A DNA stretch of 64,000 nt from Candidatus Latescibacterota bacterium (GCA_965222605.1 OZ244960.1:1408001-1472000), one strand, 5' to 3'. Counted from the stretch's first letter, positions 30,107-40,150 are shown. Notes: generated from the letters alone by a model not told the origin. Made by a program: numbers and translations.

Positions 30107-33100
30107 ATGATCAGATCACTTGACCGCACAGGCATCTGGCGGACTTATTCCATAGACAGTGGCCTTCCAGGGCAATGCATTGAATACATTGCCGAAGACA
30201 GCGAAGGGTATCTCTAGTTCGCCACCTGGGATAACGGAGTTAGTCGCTTCGATGGGGACGAGTTTCAAAATTTTACACGACAGGACGGTCTTGTTAGTGA
30301 CCGCGTTTATTTTATTCAAAAGGACAGTCAGAATCGGTTGTGGTTTGGTACATTAAATGGGGTCTGCTGGTACGACGGAGCAAATTTCCACCATCTGGAG
30401 GACGATGGGATCGCAGGCCGTGCTGTGCAGTTCATTTACGAAGATCGTGAGGGTCGTATATGGTGTGGTGGGCACAGGACTCTGGGATATTACGACGGCA
30501 CTATGTTCCACGATTTGATTCCGCTCTATCTCCAGCACTACGAGCGGCCGCCTTCTCCTATGTGGCCCAAACAGTGTCGGGGTATTACTCAGGATCCGGA
30601 AGGTCATCTGTGGTTTGGCTTTAACTACCTCATCCGTTTCGATGGCATATCCTTCCATCGCTATGAGGAGAAAGAGGGTTTTCCTCGACGCCAGACGAGC
30701 TATGCCGTGGGACAGGACCATACCGGCAAGGTGTGGATCGGTCAGCGGGAAAACGAAAACCAACTCTGGTGCTATGCCGATGGCACCTTCCAGCCTGTTG
30801 AGGTAGATTTGGGTGGGGTCCTGCGCAGCATTCAGTGTGACGGTGAAGGTCGGATGTGGTTTAGCACTTCCGAAGGTGTGCTCTATCATGACGGTGATGG
30901 GTTCAGCAGGTTTACCCTTGCCGATGGCCTGCCCCATCCCGCAGTCAAAGCCGTATTCCAGGATCGCGAGCATCAGTTTTGGTTCGCCACCTGGGGTGGC
31001 GTTGTGCTCTACGATGCACATAGTATCAGCGTTTTCGATCTCGGTAAGGAATTCGGCTCAATCAATTATGAGATCTCTCAGATTGCACAAGACCGGCGAG
31101 GTGATCTATGGATCGGGTATGCGTCTTATGATTACAGGTCTATGAAAGAAAGCGTCGGTCGCTTCAATGGCGAGCACTTTGAATTTGTAGGCACTGAGGA
31201 TGGCTTGGATATCAACAACTGTTTCGCCATCTGTGAGGACCACGACGGAACTGTGTGGTTCGGCGGCCGCAACGGCTTGTTCCGCTACGAAGATCAGCAG
31301 CTTAAAAAAATAAAAACAATTGCAGGTTTAGGCGAAAAAACGGTCAGCGCCATCGCGCAAGACAGGGAAGGACAATTTCTTTTTGGCTGTTGGGAAAGCG
31401 GCCCCATAGGAATAAAAGAAGAGCTTTATACCAGCCCATTGAAGATCATTTACCAGCAGGGCGATCAGTTCCAAACTATTTTTCAGGATAATGAGAAGAA
31501 AGATCCTTTCAGCCGCATCGGCACGGTAATTGCCGGGCGCAATGGCGAGGTCTATTTTCATCTCGTTCACCAAAATTTCTCCAATAACGACAAGGGTTTC
31601 GCTCGCTGGCATCCCGAAGAGGGGCTTAAATTTTATGGAATTGAAGATGGGCTGATAGACACCAATGTCAACGACCTGCTATTAGACCGCAATGGCAACC
31701 TGTGGATCGCCACTCAGAGGGGTCTTTGTTGCTTTGATGGCAGTGCCTTCCGCAACTTCACGGCTGAAGAGATTCTGCTAAGCAACGCCATCCATTGTTT
31801 GTTCGAGGATCGGAAAGGACACCTCTGGCTCGGCACAGACAGGGGTGTGGTTCACTTTGATAGTCGGTTTTTCCAGACCATCAAGTCATCGCACATAGGA
31901 ACGGTTTGCCAGATACTCGAAGACCGCGACGGAACGTTCTGGTTTGGTACAGTCCAAAACACCCTGGTACGCTACCGTCAGCGGCAAATTCCGCCCCTGA
32001 TTCGCCTGATTCAAGTTGTCGCTGATCAGGTCTATGAGAACCCGCAGGACATCATCATATCTACCACAGATCAGCAGATTACTTTTGAGTACAAGGGCAT
32101 GAGCTTTTCCACCCATCCCCGCGACATGCTCTATGTCTATCGCCTGAAGGGATATGACTCTGACTGGCAATCAGCGACCCGAAAGATGCGGGCGCATTAC
32201 CGGGACTTGCCATTGGGAGCCTACACCTTTCAGGTCAGGGCTATAGATCGCGACCTCAATTACTCAGAGAAAGCGAAGGTGCAACTCTGGGTAGAGCCGG
32301 ACCCGCGTATCGAAGCATTGACGGACGTAATCAACCGTCGAGGAAGCCAAAAGTTTATCGGGCATAGCCCTGCTCTGCACCAGTTTCAAACCAAACTCAG
32401 GGAGGTAGCATCCACTGATATAACCGTGCTGATTCTGGGTAAGACAGGGGTGGGCAAGGGGTTGGCTGCTCGGGCGCTACACGCGCTGAGTGCCCGTAGC
32501 GATGGACCTTTTATAGAGGTTAGTTGCGGAGCATTGCCCGGGACGTTAATCGATAGCGAACTGTTTGGTCACGAGGAAGGGGCTTTTTCCGGTGCAGTTT
32601 CCCGCAAACTAGGCAGGGTGGAACTGGCGAAGGGCGGTACGCTCTTTTTGGATGAGATCGGCGATATGGCACTGGACACGCAGATCAAGCTGTTGCGCTT
32701 GCTGGAAGAAGGCACGTTTGAGCGGCTTGGGAGCAGCGAGACGCTGAGGGTGCAGGCGCGTATTGTGGCCGCGACGAATCGCAATCTTGAGGAGGGGGTC
32801 AGCACGGGTGCTTTCCGGGAGGATCTGTATTACCGCCTCAATGCCTTTCCGATGTATTTGCCGTCGCTGCGCGAACGGAAGGAGGATATCCCTGAGTTGG
32901 CCGAGTTTTTCAAGCATCGCATGGCGACACATCTGAACAAGCAAATAGATCCTTTGACGATAGAGGTGATAGAAGCGCTGCAAGCCTGCGATTGGCCAGG
33001 CAATGTGCGAGAACTGGAGCATAGGATAAACCAAGCAGTGATCGTGTGTCAGGGTTCTCGAATTGAAGTTGGGGACATCGGCCTGATAAACAGCAGCGCT

Positions 33101-33295
33101 CCTGTTTCTCCAGACAGCGAAATCGTGCCAATGGCTGAATTTGAACGCCTCTATATCCTGAAAGTGCTCAAAGCGACCAACTGGAAAATAAAGGGCATCG
33201 GAGGAGCAGCAGCATTGCTGGGACTAAACCCTGGGACGCTGTATGGGAAAATGAGAAAACTGGGTATCAAACGCCCGGATAAAGAACATATATGA
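30107..33295 (+). pseudogene. sigma54-dependent activator with two-component-regulator propeller + Y_Y_Y sensor; in-frame TAG at 30215-30217
   Basis: ATG 30107 is in frame with ORF 30338; EGYL*FATWDNG where LWF is expected; many EDxxGxLWFGT blades, YVYRLKGYD (Y_Y_Y), [27 protein letters not shown], Fis-type HTH. Confidence 0.88.
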
Positions 33296-33388
33296 TCTTT
33301 TAGGACCATATATGTTCTTTTATTATTAAAGTACTATTATTAAAATACTTAAGAGTCAGACTGATTATTTTTGGGATCATATATATTC
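33284..33388. promoter_or_regulatory. three palindromic upstream activator sites GAnCATATATrnTC
   Basis: GAACATATATGATC (33284), GACCATATATGTTC (33304), GATCATATATATTC (33375); 100-200 bp upstream of a -24/-12 promoter. Confidence 0.7.
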
Positions 33389-33486
33389 TCAAAAATAAAA
33401 AAATAAGTCTGGCTCTTTTTTTGATAATAATTCTATCCTGATTAAAAATAACATCTTACGAGTATGTGTTTGGATTCCACTCACAG

Positions 33487-33501
33487 TGGCACACTTTTTG
33501 C
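33487..33501 (+). promoter_or_regulatory. sigma54 (-24/-12) promoter
   Basis: TGGCAC-ACTTT-TTGC matches consensus; directly downstream of a sigma54 activator gene. Confidence 0.88.
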
Positions 33502-33658
33502 GCTATATCTAAACCTTTAGTGCCATAAAGGAGAAGATTTAGACATCAAGCATTGATGGTTGCGTTTAACTGGGAGAGGAAGGCGTTATCCCGTTTTGGA
33601 TGCAGTTGCCGAATTCTGCTCCAATTCAACGAAACACAACTTACTCAAGGAGGCATCT

Positions 33659-34792
33659 ATGTGGAACCGTATGATCTTAACCATTTGTCTGGTGTTTGTG
33701 TTGACAGGTCCGGCATCGACTGGAGACATGACCCACATCCCGGACAGGGACTTCGATACGCTACGCGCCGCAGGAAACAGAAACCCCACAGGGATCTGGT
33801 CGGACGGGACAACCATGTGGGTGGTGGACAGGAGCGCTAAGATTTATGCCTACAACCTGAGGACCAGAGCACGTGACCGAGGCAGGGACTTCAATACGCT
33901 AAAAGACGCCAGAAACGAATCCCCTGGAGGGATCTGGTCAGACGGAACGACTATGTGGGTGGTGGATCATGCTGACGGTAGGATTTATGCCTACAACATG
34001 AGATCTAAAGCTCGTAACCGGGACAAGGACTTCGATCTCGCCGTAGAACACGACGTCCCTGAAGGAATCTGGTCGGATGGGACAACCATGTGGGTGAAAG
34101 AAAGCTCTTACCAATTCGATAAGATTTATGCCTACAACATGAGATCTAAAGCCCGTGATCCGAACAAGGACTTCAATACGCTAACAGACGCCGGAGAACA
34201 AAGCACTGACGGGATCTGGTCAGACGGAACGACCATGTTGGTAGCAGACGGATATCGGCATAAGATTTATGCCTACAACATGAGATCTAAAGCCCGCAAC
34301 AAGGGCCAGGACTTCGATCTTGCCGCAGGAAACACCTCCCCTACGGGTATCTGGTCAGACGGAACGACTCTGTGGGTAGCGGACTACGGGGGCTACATTT
34401 ATGCCTACGGCGGCCTGGGCGCCACCAGTGAGCAGGACATCCAGGACTTTTCAATAAAAATCAGAGGCTCGACGGGAAGCCTTAAAGTTTGCGTGCGAGA
34501 CCACGAGTGCGAAGATGGCGATAAGATCCGCGTTGAGGTAGATGGCAGGAGCATATTTTCCGGAGAAATTGACAACGACTGGGACTGCTACACGCTGGAT
34601 GTGTGGGCAGGAGAGAGCTATGCGGTAGAATTGACAGCCCTCAACGGTACGGGATACAAGGGAGACTGTAGCTACAGAGATGAAAACACGGGCGAAATCC
34701 GCGTTACCGGAGAGAATACAGAAACGCAGGTATGGCGTCATCGCGGTGGTGCCGGGTCGAAAGCGCGAATTATCGTTGAAACAGCCCGGTGA
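33659..34792 (+). CDS. secreted beta-propeller repeat protein (5 x GIWSDGTTMWV repeats) with Cys-containing C-terminal domain
   Basis: RBS AAGGAGG, signal peptide MWNRMILTICLVFVLTGPA; five roughly 46-aa repeats also visible at DNA level (GATTTATGCCTACAAC...). Confidence 0.85.
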   Translation: MWNRMILTICLVFVLTGPASTGDMTHIPDRDFDTLRAAGNRNPTGIWSDGTTMWVVDRSAKIYAYNLRTRARDRGRDFNTLKDARNESPGGIWSDGTTMWVVDHADGRIYAYNMRSKARNRDKDFDLAVEHDVPEGIWSDGTTMWVKESSYQFDKIYAYNMRSKARDPNKDFNTLTDAGEQSTDGIWSDGTTMLVADGYRHKIYAYNMRSKARNKGQDFDLAAGNTSPTGIWSDGTTLWVADYGGYIYAYGGLGATSEQDIQDFSIKIRGSTGSLKVCVRDHECEDGDKIRVEVDGRSIFSGEIDNDWDCYTLDVWAGESYAVELTALNGTGYKGDCSYRDENTGEIRVTGENTETQVWRHRGGAGSKARIIVETAR

Positions 34793-34825
34793 TAGCAGAC
34801 AAAAATTGATGAGAGGAGAGACAAG

Positions 34826-35647
34826 ATGTATCGTCACTGTATTTGTATATGTGTATTAATTCTTCTGAGCCTACCCCTTTGGTCTCAACAGGACACCGGG
34901 AATAGTGCGCCTTCACCAGGAGAGACTTTTCAAGACTGTGATGAATGTCCCGAGATGGTTGTCGTGCCATCGGGAATTTTCACGATGGGATCACCCGCGC
35001 GTGAGGGAGGTGATGATGATGAAAGACCGATGCGCAGGGTGCGTATAGATTACCAGTTTGCGGTGGGTGTATATGAAGTGACATTTGACGAATGGTATGC
35101 CTGTATAGATACAGGAGGTTGTGGAAGCTACGTTCCGGATGATGAGGGCTGGGGCCGCGGGAATCGTCCTGTGATCAATGTGAGTTGGGACGATGCCCAG
35201 TCTTATGTGCGCTGGTTGTCTGACAGGACGGGTAAAACGTATCGTTTATTGAGTGAATCGGAATGGGAGTATGTGGCACGCGCGGGCACAGAGACAGCAT
35301 ATAGCTGGGGTGATAGCATCGGTGTGAACCGTGCCAATTGCGATGGATGCGGCAGTCAGTGGGATAATGAGAAGACAGCACCAGTGGGATCATTCGCTGC
35401 CAATGGTTGGGGCGTTCACGATATGCACGGCAACGTAGAGGAATGGGTGCAAGATTGTAGGAACGAAAATTACGAGGACGCACCTACTGATGGAAGTGCG
35501 CGGGAGTCTGAGGAGGGATGCTGGCGTGTGCAGCGTGGTGGTTCGTGGCCCCGCGAACCGAGGGGCTTGCGTTCGGCGTATCGCGACGATAGTCCTCCCT
35601 ACTTTCGGTACAGCTTCTACGGTTTTCGAGTTGCCCGGTCTTTTTAG
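34826..35647 (+). CDS. secreted FGE-sulfatase (SUMF1/CLec fold) domain protein, DGR-target-like C-terminus
   Basis: CPEMVVVPSG, YEVTFDEW, PVINVSW, RLLSESEWEY, DMHGNVEEW, RGGSW...GFRVAR. Confidence 0.92.
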   Translation: MYRHCICICVLILLSLPLWSQQDTGNSAPSPGETFQDCDECPEMVVVPSGIFTMGSPAREGGDDDERPMRRVRIDYQFAVGVYEVTFDEWYACIDTGGCGSYVPDDEGWGRGNRPVINVSWDDAQSYVRWLSDRTGKTYRLLSESEWEYVARAGTETAYSWGDSIGVNRANCDGCGSQWDNEKTAPVGSFAANGWGVHDMHGNVEEWVQDCRNENYEDAPTDGSARESEEGCWRVQRGGSWPREPRGLRSAYRDDSPPYFRYSFYGFRVARSF

Positions 35648-35690
35648 CTCCTGATTCTTTACAGAAACACCAACGAAAGGAAGGTGTGTC

Positions 35691-36865
35691 ATGCAGAGCA
35701 TAATCAAAGGCATTCTTTTTCAGTCTTATTGGGATTTTTCACGGTTGCAGTAGCCGAACAACTGTCGCCAGAAGACCTGATAGATAAATACATGATTAAG
35801 GCAGAACTGTTACGTGACGCAGGAAAACACAAGGAAGCCCTTAAAGTGATGAAGGACTCGGTCCTCACGCTGACAAAAGAGGACAGCCTTAAATTTAAAT
35901 TGCCAGACGATTTTCACTTCAAGTATGCCCTTGTCGCCCTATCAGTAGATTCATTCGATGTCGCTAAAGATTCAGCAAAGAAGTATATAAAAGCGAAAAA
36001 AGAGGAAAAGGGACAGTTCTACTATGATGCACTGAGGTTGTTGGTTGAGGCTGAAAAGCAAGAGAAGATCACGCCTGTGAGCTTTTCTGACAGGTTTAGG
36101 GCAGATAAACATTTGGTTTTGGCAGAGCAGTTATATGCCGCAGAATACTATGTGGAGGCTTTCAGCGTGATGAGGGACTCGATATGGCAAAAAAGGGACA
36201 ACCTTACACTTATATCGCCAGACGAATTTCCCTTCAAGTATGCAGAGATGGCCCTAGCAGCAGATTCCATCAAGGTCGCGCTTGAGACACTGGAAGAATA
36301 TCTATCAAAAAAGGAAAAGGGACAGTTCTACGAGGACGCGCTGGTGCTGTTGGTCGAGATCGAAAGGCAAGAGAATATCGTGCCTGTGGGTTTTCTTGAC
36401 AGGCTTATGAGCCCTCTTGTCTGGTTTAAGGGTCTTCTTTATTGGTCTATGGATATTGTTACAAGGTTTTATGTTGAGGCTCTTGGTTTTATTATTTGCG
36501 TTGCTCCATTTGCTCTACTTTTAATATGGGGCATTGGTAGGATACCACTTGAATACAAAAAATACAAAAAAACTATTTCTTCTATACTTTCAATCGTAGC
36601 AGGGGGCGGCCTTCTTCTTTCCTTCAATTATTATACAGTCTATTCTTCTACCAATAACGTATTCAAGGAGCACACAACGAATCGTTACATACAACAAATG
36701 GACTCGCCGGCACTCAAAGAAATGCAGAAAACTATTGTGGACTCAATGCAAGTAAGAGAGAGGCGTCTTGATAGTAAAATAAAAAACCTGCAAAATTCGG
36801 TACGCGATCATTCAGATAGACACCTTCGCCTTATAAAGGCGGAAATCGCAAAACCTGGCCGCTAA
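35691..36865 (+). CDS. membrane-anchored protein with two tandem TPR-like helical modules; probable -1 frameshift in T5 tract at 35716-35720
   Basis: ATG 35691 behind GGAAGG gives the signal peptide MQSIIKGILF(S)VLLGFFTVAVA only if one T is added; two FxFKYA...KGQFY modules homologous to the N-terminus of 36902-37957; two C-terminal TM helices. Confidence 0.7.
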
Positions 36866-36901
36866 CCAAACAAGCAGTGACCTGGTAAAAGGAGACACAC
36901 C

Positions 36902-37957
36902 ATGCGAATGCTTATTGCTTTTTTCATTGTGGCCTTATTGGGATTCTTCACAGTTTCAGCAACCGAACTACCCCCGGAAATCGTGGCTGATAAATTTCAG
37001 CAGCGGGCAGATCAGCTTATAGACAAAGGAAACTATGAGAGTGCATTCAAAGTGATGAATCATATTATCACATTGCAAAAGGAACACAATCTCACCTTGC
37101 CAGAAGAATACCATTTCAAGTATGCCCAGGTTGCTTTGAAAGCAGACTCGCTTCCGACCGCGCTTGACGCGGTAAAGAAGTATCTATCGGCAACGGGGAA
37201 AGAGGGACAGTTTTACAAGGAGGCGTTGGCGTTGTTGAATGAAGCGGAACAGATGCTACCGCCTGTGCATGAGATGGTGGTGATACCTGCGGGTAGTTTT
37301 AAGATGGGCTGCTTGTCGGGTATAGGCTGCTCGAGCTATCAGGTGCCTGTGCATGAAGTGAGGGTAGAATCGTTCGAAATGTCGAAGTATGAGGTGACGT
37401 TTGAGGAATACGATGCCTTCACAGACGCGACGGGACGCGAGCGGGCAGACGATAATGGTTGGGGACGAGGTCGGCGTCCCGTGACCGAAGTTTCGTGGCG
37501 TGATGCGGTAGCCTATGCGCGTTGGCTATCGTCTCAGACAGGAAAGCGCTATCGTTTGCCGACCGAGGCGGAGTGGGAGTATGCTGCGCGTGCAGGGACA
37601 ACAACGGCGTATAGCTGGGGGGATAGTCCTGGATTCGACCGCGCCAATTGTGAAGTCTGTGGCAGTCAGTGGGATGATGAGCAGACAGCGCCAGTGGGCT
37701 CATTCGAGGCCAATGGCTGGGGCCTTCACAACATGCACGGCAACGCGCAGGAATGGGTGCTCGATTGTTGGAATGACAATTACGAGGATGCACCGACAGA
37801 TGGTTCTGCATGGACGCTTGGAGACTGCTCTAAGCGCGTGGTGCGTGGTGGTTCTTTTAACTTCTCTCCGAGGATCTTGCGTTCGGCGTATCGCTACAAG
37901 TGGTCCATCAATGTCGGTTGGAGCTGGCTCGGTTTTCGAGTTGTCCGGTCTTTTTAG
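36902..37957 (+). CDS. secreted TPR-like module + FGE-sulfatase domain protein, DGR-target-like C-terminus
   Basis: RBS AAGGAG, signal peptide, LPPEIVADK...YHFKYAQ...EGQFYKEAL, then EMVVIPAG, RLPTEAEWEYAARAG, RGGSF...GFRVVR. Confidence 0.92.
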   Translation: MRMLIAFFIVALLGFFTVSATELPPEIVADKFQQRADQLIDKGNYESAFKVMNHIITLQKEHNLTLPEEYHFKYAQVALKADSLPTALDAVKKYLSATGKEGQFYKEALALLNEAEQMLPPVHEMVVIPAGSFKMGCLSGIGCSSYQVPVHEVRVESFEMSKYEVTFEEYDAFTDATGRERADDNGWGRGRRPVTEVSWRDAVAYARWLSSQTGKRYRLPTEAEWEYAARAGTTTAYSWGDSPGFDRANCEVCGSQWDDEQTAPVGSFEANGWGLHNMHGNAQEWVLDCWNDNYEDAPTDGSAWTLGDCSKRVVRGGSFNFSPRILRSAYRYKWSINVGWSWLGFRVVRSF

Positions 37958-37972
37958 CTCTTGAAAATCGCC

Positions 37973-38056
37973 TTACGCATCTAACAGATGCTGAAATGCT
38001 TCAAGGCTGGCCACCTGAATCGCCGCGCGGTGCAACTGCTTGAGGCGATGCAGATC
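37973..38056 (-). pseudogene. fragment of Rpn-like C-terminal tail (DLHRLKQLHRAAIQVASLEAFQHLLDA*)
   Basis: Near-identical to 38950-39033 and 41137-41220; no upstream start. Confidence 0.85.
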
Positions 38057-38075
38057 CAGGATACGACATCCTATA

Positions 38076-38558
38076 TTAAACCGTTTCGCCCACCGCCTGT
38101 GCAGCCCTTTGGATGACGCGGTCTCCAATATAATAACCATTCTTTTTCATATTTCTCAGAAGGGGAACCACTTCCCGAATCAACTGTTTTCTTTTTGCCT
38201 GAACAAGAACACCCGCTGAGCCAATAATTTCCAAATTCAGGTCTTCTGCTACCCTTCTCGCCCGGTGATCATCCAATAACAAACGCGAATTGGGCAATTG
38301 CCTGGCCAATTGAATCGCTTCGATTTCTCCAGACCCCAGTGCAATGGAAATCAATTCTGATGTTTGTTCCAATGTCCAGTGTTCAAGCCATGAAACGCGA
38401 TCTAAAAAGTTAAGGCCAGAGGCTTTTTGGCCTCCGGCCAGAATTTCATCTATTACAGCGGATGGTGCAATAACGCGAGAATACAATCTGGGCAATAAGT
38501 TGAGTCGGTTCACGCCCGCCAATGCAATGAGTGGACTGGAATCTGCGATCAGAAACAC
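38076..38558 (-). CDS. DUF3368-family PIN-like protein (putative toxin)
   Basis: IADSSPLIAL, LGSGEIEAI, LLLDD, GSAGVL; start likely GTG 38558. Confidence 0.88.
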   Translation of the reverse strand: MFLIADSSPLIALAGVNRLNLLPRLYSRVIAPSAVIDEILAGGQKASGLNFLDRVSWLEHWTLEQTSELISIALGSGEIEAIQLARQLPNSRLLLDDHRARRVAEDLNLEIIGSAGVLVQAKRKQLIREVVPLLRNMKKNGYYIGDRVIQRAAQAVGETV

Positions 38559-38559
38559 G

Positions 38560-38811
38560 TCATTTATAACCAAATTCTGTGTCGAGTTGATCATCATCCA
38601 GATCAACAACAGGGATGTTCAATGCACTGACCTTTGCGAGAAACTCGGGCTTGCTTAAACCGGATAGCTCCGCGGCTTTTCCAGCAGAAACCCGGCGGAG
38701 TTCAAAGAATTTCAAAGCCAATAGAAAGCGCGCTTCTCGTTCAAATACTTCGGGTTCTTGCCCGGTGATCAAGAGCAGGTCTTCAGAATATGGTATATTC
38801 AATGTTTTCAT
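38560..38811 (-). CDS. UPF0175-family protein (putative antitoxin)
   Basis: LALKFFELRRVSAGKAAELSG; coupled to the DUF3368 gene. Confidence 0.9.
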   Translation of the reverse strand: MKTLNIPYSEDLLLITGQEPEVFEREARFLLALKFFELRRVSAGKAAELSGLSKPEFLAKVSALNIPVVDLDDDQLDTEFGYK

Positions 38812-38949
38812 ATTTTACCCTGTCAGATCGGACATAAGACTAAAAAACATTTAGTTACTCGAAAATGGCAATATCCCAATTATATCAAAAAGGCCCTGTA
38901 TTATCAAGGGCTTCTTGTTCGGCACCAACTCCCCTTTCTGGAAATCGCG

Positions 38950-39486
38950 TCATTCATCTAACAGATGCTGAAATGCCTCAAGACTGGCCACCTGAATCGC
39001 CGCGCGGTGCAACTGCTTGAGGCGTTGTAGATCGTCAATAGCGGCAATGCGAGCAGATAGGGGATCTGTCTTGAGGAGATCAAATCGAATCTCCAGCACG
39101 TCGAGAATACTTTCCCGGAGTCCTTGCTCTATGCCTTGTTCAATTCCTTTTCTTTGCCCATCCTGGAAGCGTTTTTCAAGATATCTTTCAGTCTCAGCAC
39201 GGATTTTTTGAACTGGGACGATCATGAGATTTACCCCCTCTATAATGAAGAATGCTAAAGTGATAGCAGAGAGACCTATGGATCCTATAATACTGATTAC
39301 CGTAATAATTGCATCGTAATCAGGTTTAGTAATTTTGTACCAATTGTACCAAAGGACCAGTGCCAGAGAAGAGACAAAGAACAGTACTGCTAAAGCTATC
39401 AGCCATGTTCTTTCTGTATCTCCGGTGCTCCAAATCGACACCCTTTCTTCGTCTGTTTTCTCCGCCATTCTGTTGTGCCTTTTCAC
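38950..39486 (-). CDS. two-TM membrane protein fused to an Rpn-like C-terminal tail
   Basis: Two hydrophobic helices, then KGIEQGIEQG repeat and ESILDVLEIRF...IDDLQRLKQLHRAA tail. Confidence 0.7.
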   Translation of the reverse strand: MKRHNRMAEKTDEERVSIWSTGDTERTWLIALAVLFFVSSLALVLWYNWYKITKPDYDAIITVISIIGSIGLSAITLAFFIIEGVNLMIVPVQKIRAETERYLEKRFQDGQRKGIEQGIEQGLRESILDVLEIRFDLLKTDPLSARIAAIDDLQRLKQLHRAAIQVASLEAFQHLLDE

Positions 39487-40150
39487 TTCGATATACTTCC
39501 CTAATATAAGTATAGAGAAAATAGATTTCTAATGCAATTTCGGCCTGGGTATGGTTTCAATGTCTGCCATAAGAGATGACTCAGGTCTGAGAGTTGGTCG
39601 TACTCTGGACGAACGCAACAGTCAGAACCCAAGCAAATATCAGGCCAAAAATGCAAACATCACAAAATTGCGCGATAAAAAGGCTCGAAAGAAGTTCAGG
39701 CACCTTTATTATGCTGTACTGTGCTCTTGTTCACAACTTGAATTTAAAAATCGCCTGTTGAAGCGGGGCTCAAGCATTGGCGGCAAAAGTGTATATTTTG
39801 AGCAATAAATGAGCGGTATGGTGAAAGAATTGTCCCTTGAGTCAGGAAGAAAAGTGCCAGGGCGCGATTGAGATGACAGGCAAAACCTGTGAGATAATAT
39901 CAGAAAATATTTACAGACGCTATATTGCTCCGTGTATTCAATTTCCTTATATTGATTTGACTCAGGCAAGTTATTGCCCAATTCCGCTGATTGGACGATG
40001 GATAAAACGGCTATTGAGGAAAACCTGTGAACACCACGATTCATACGATAGAATATTTCGTTCGCATTCGGGGCGATAATTCTGAGTGGCCTGATGTGCC
40101 GCGTGATATGAACTCGCACTCAAGAAGGTAAATTAGAGAAAGGTTGTGAC

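Noticed and set aside
30215-30217. TAG as pyrrolysine or recoded stop
   Set aside because: It falls at a conserved Trp (TGG, one transition away), and TAG terminates other genes here normally
33740-34410. Regularly spaced DNA repeats resembling a CRISPR or other ncRNA array
   Set aside because: The repeats are in frame within a signal-peptide ORF and encode propeller blades; there are no cas genes
34826-37957. FGE-domain genes as sulfatase-maturing enzymes for the sulfatase at 47847
   Set aside because: They lack the catalytic Cys motif near RGGS and carry signal peptides and variable loops, which fits binding proteins better
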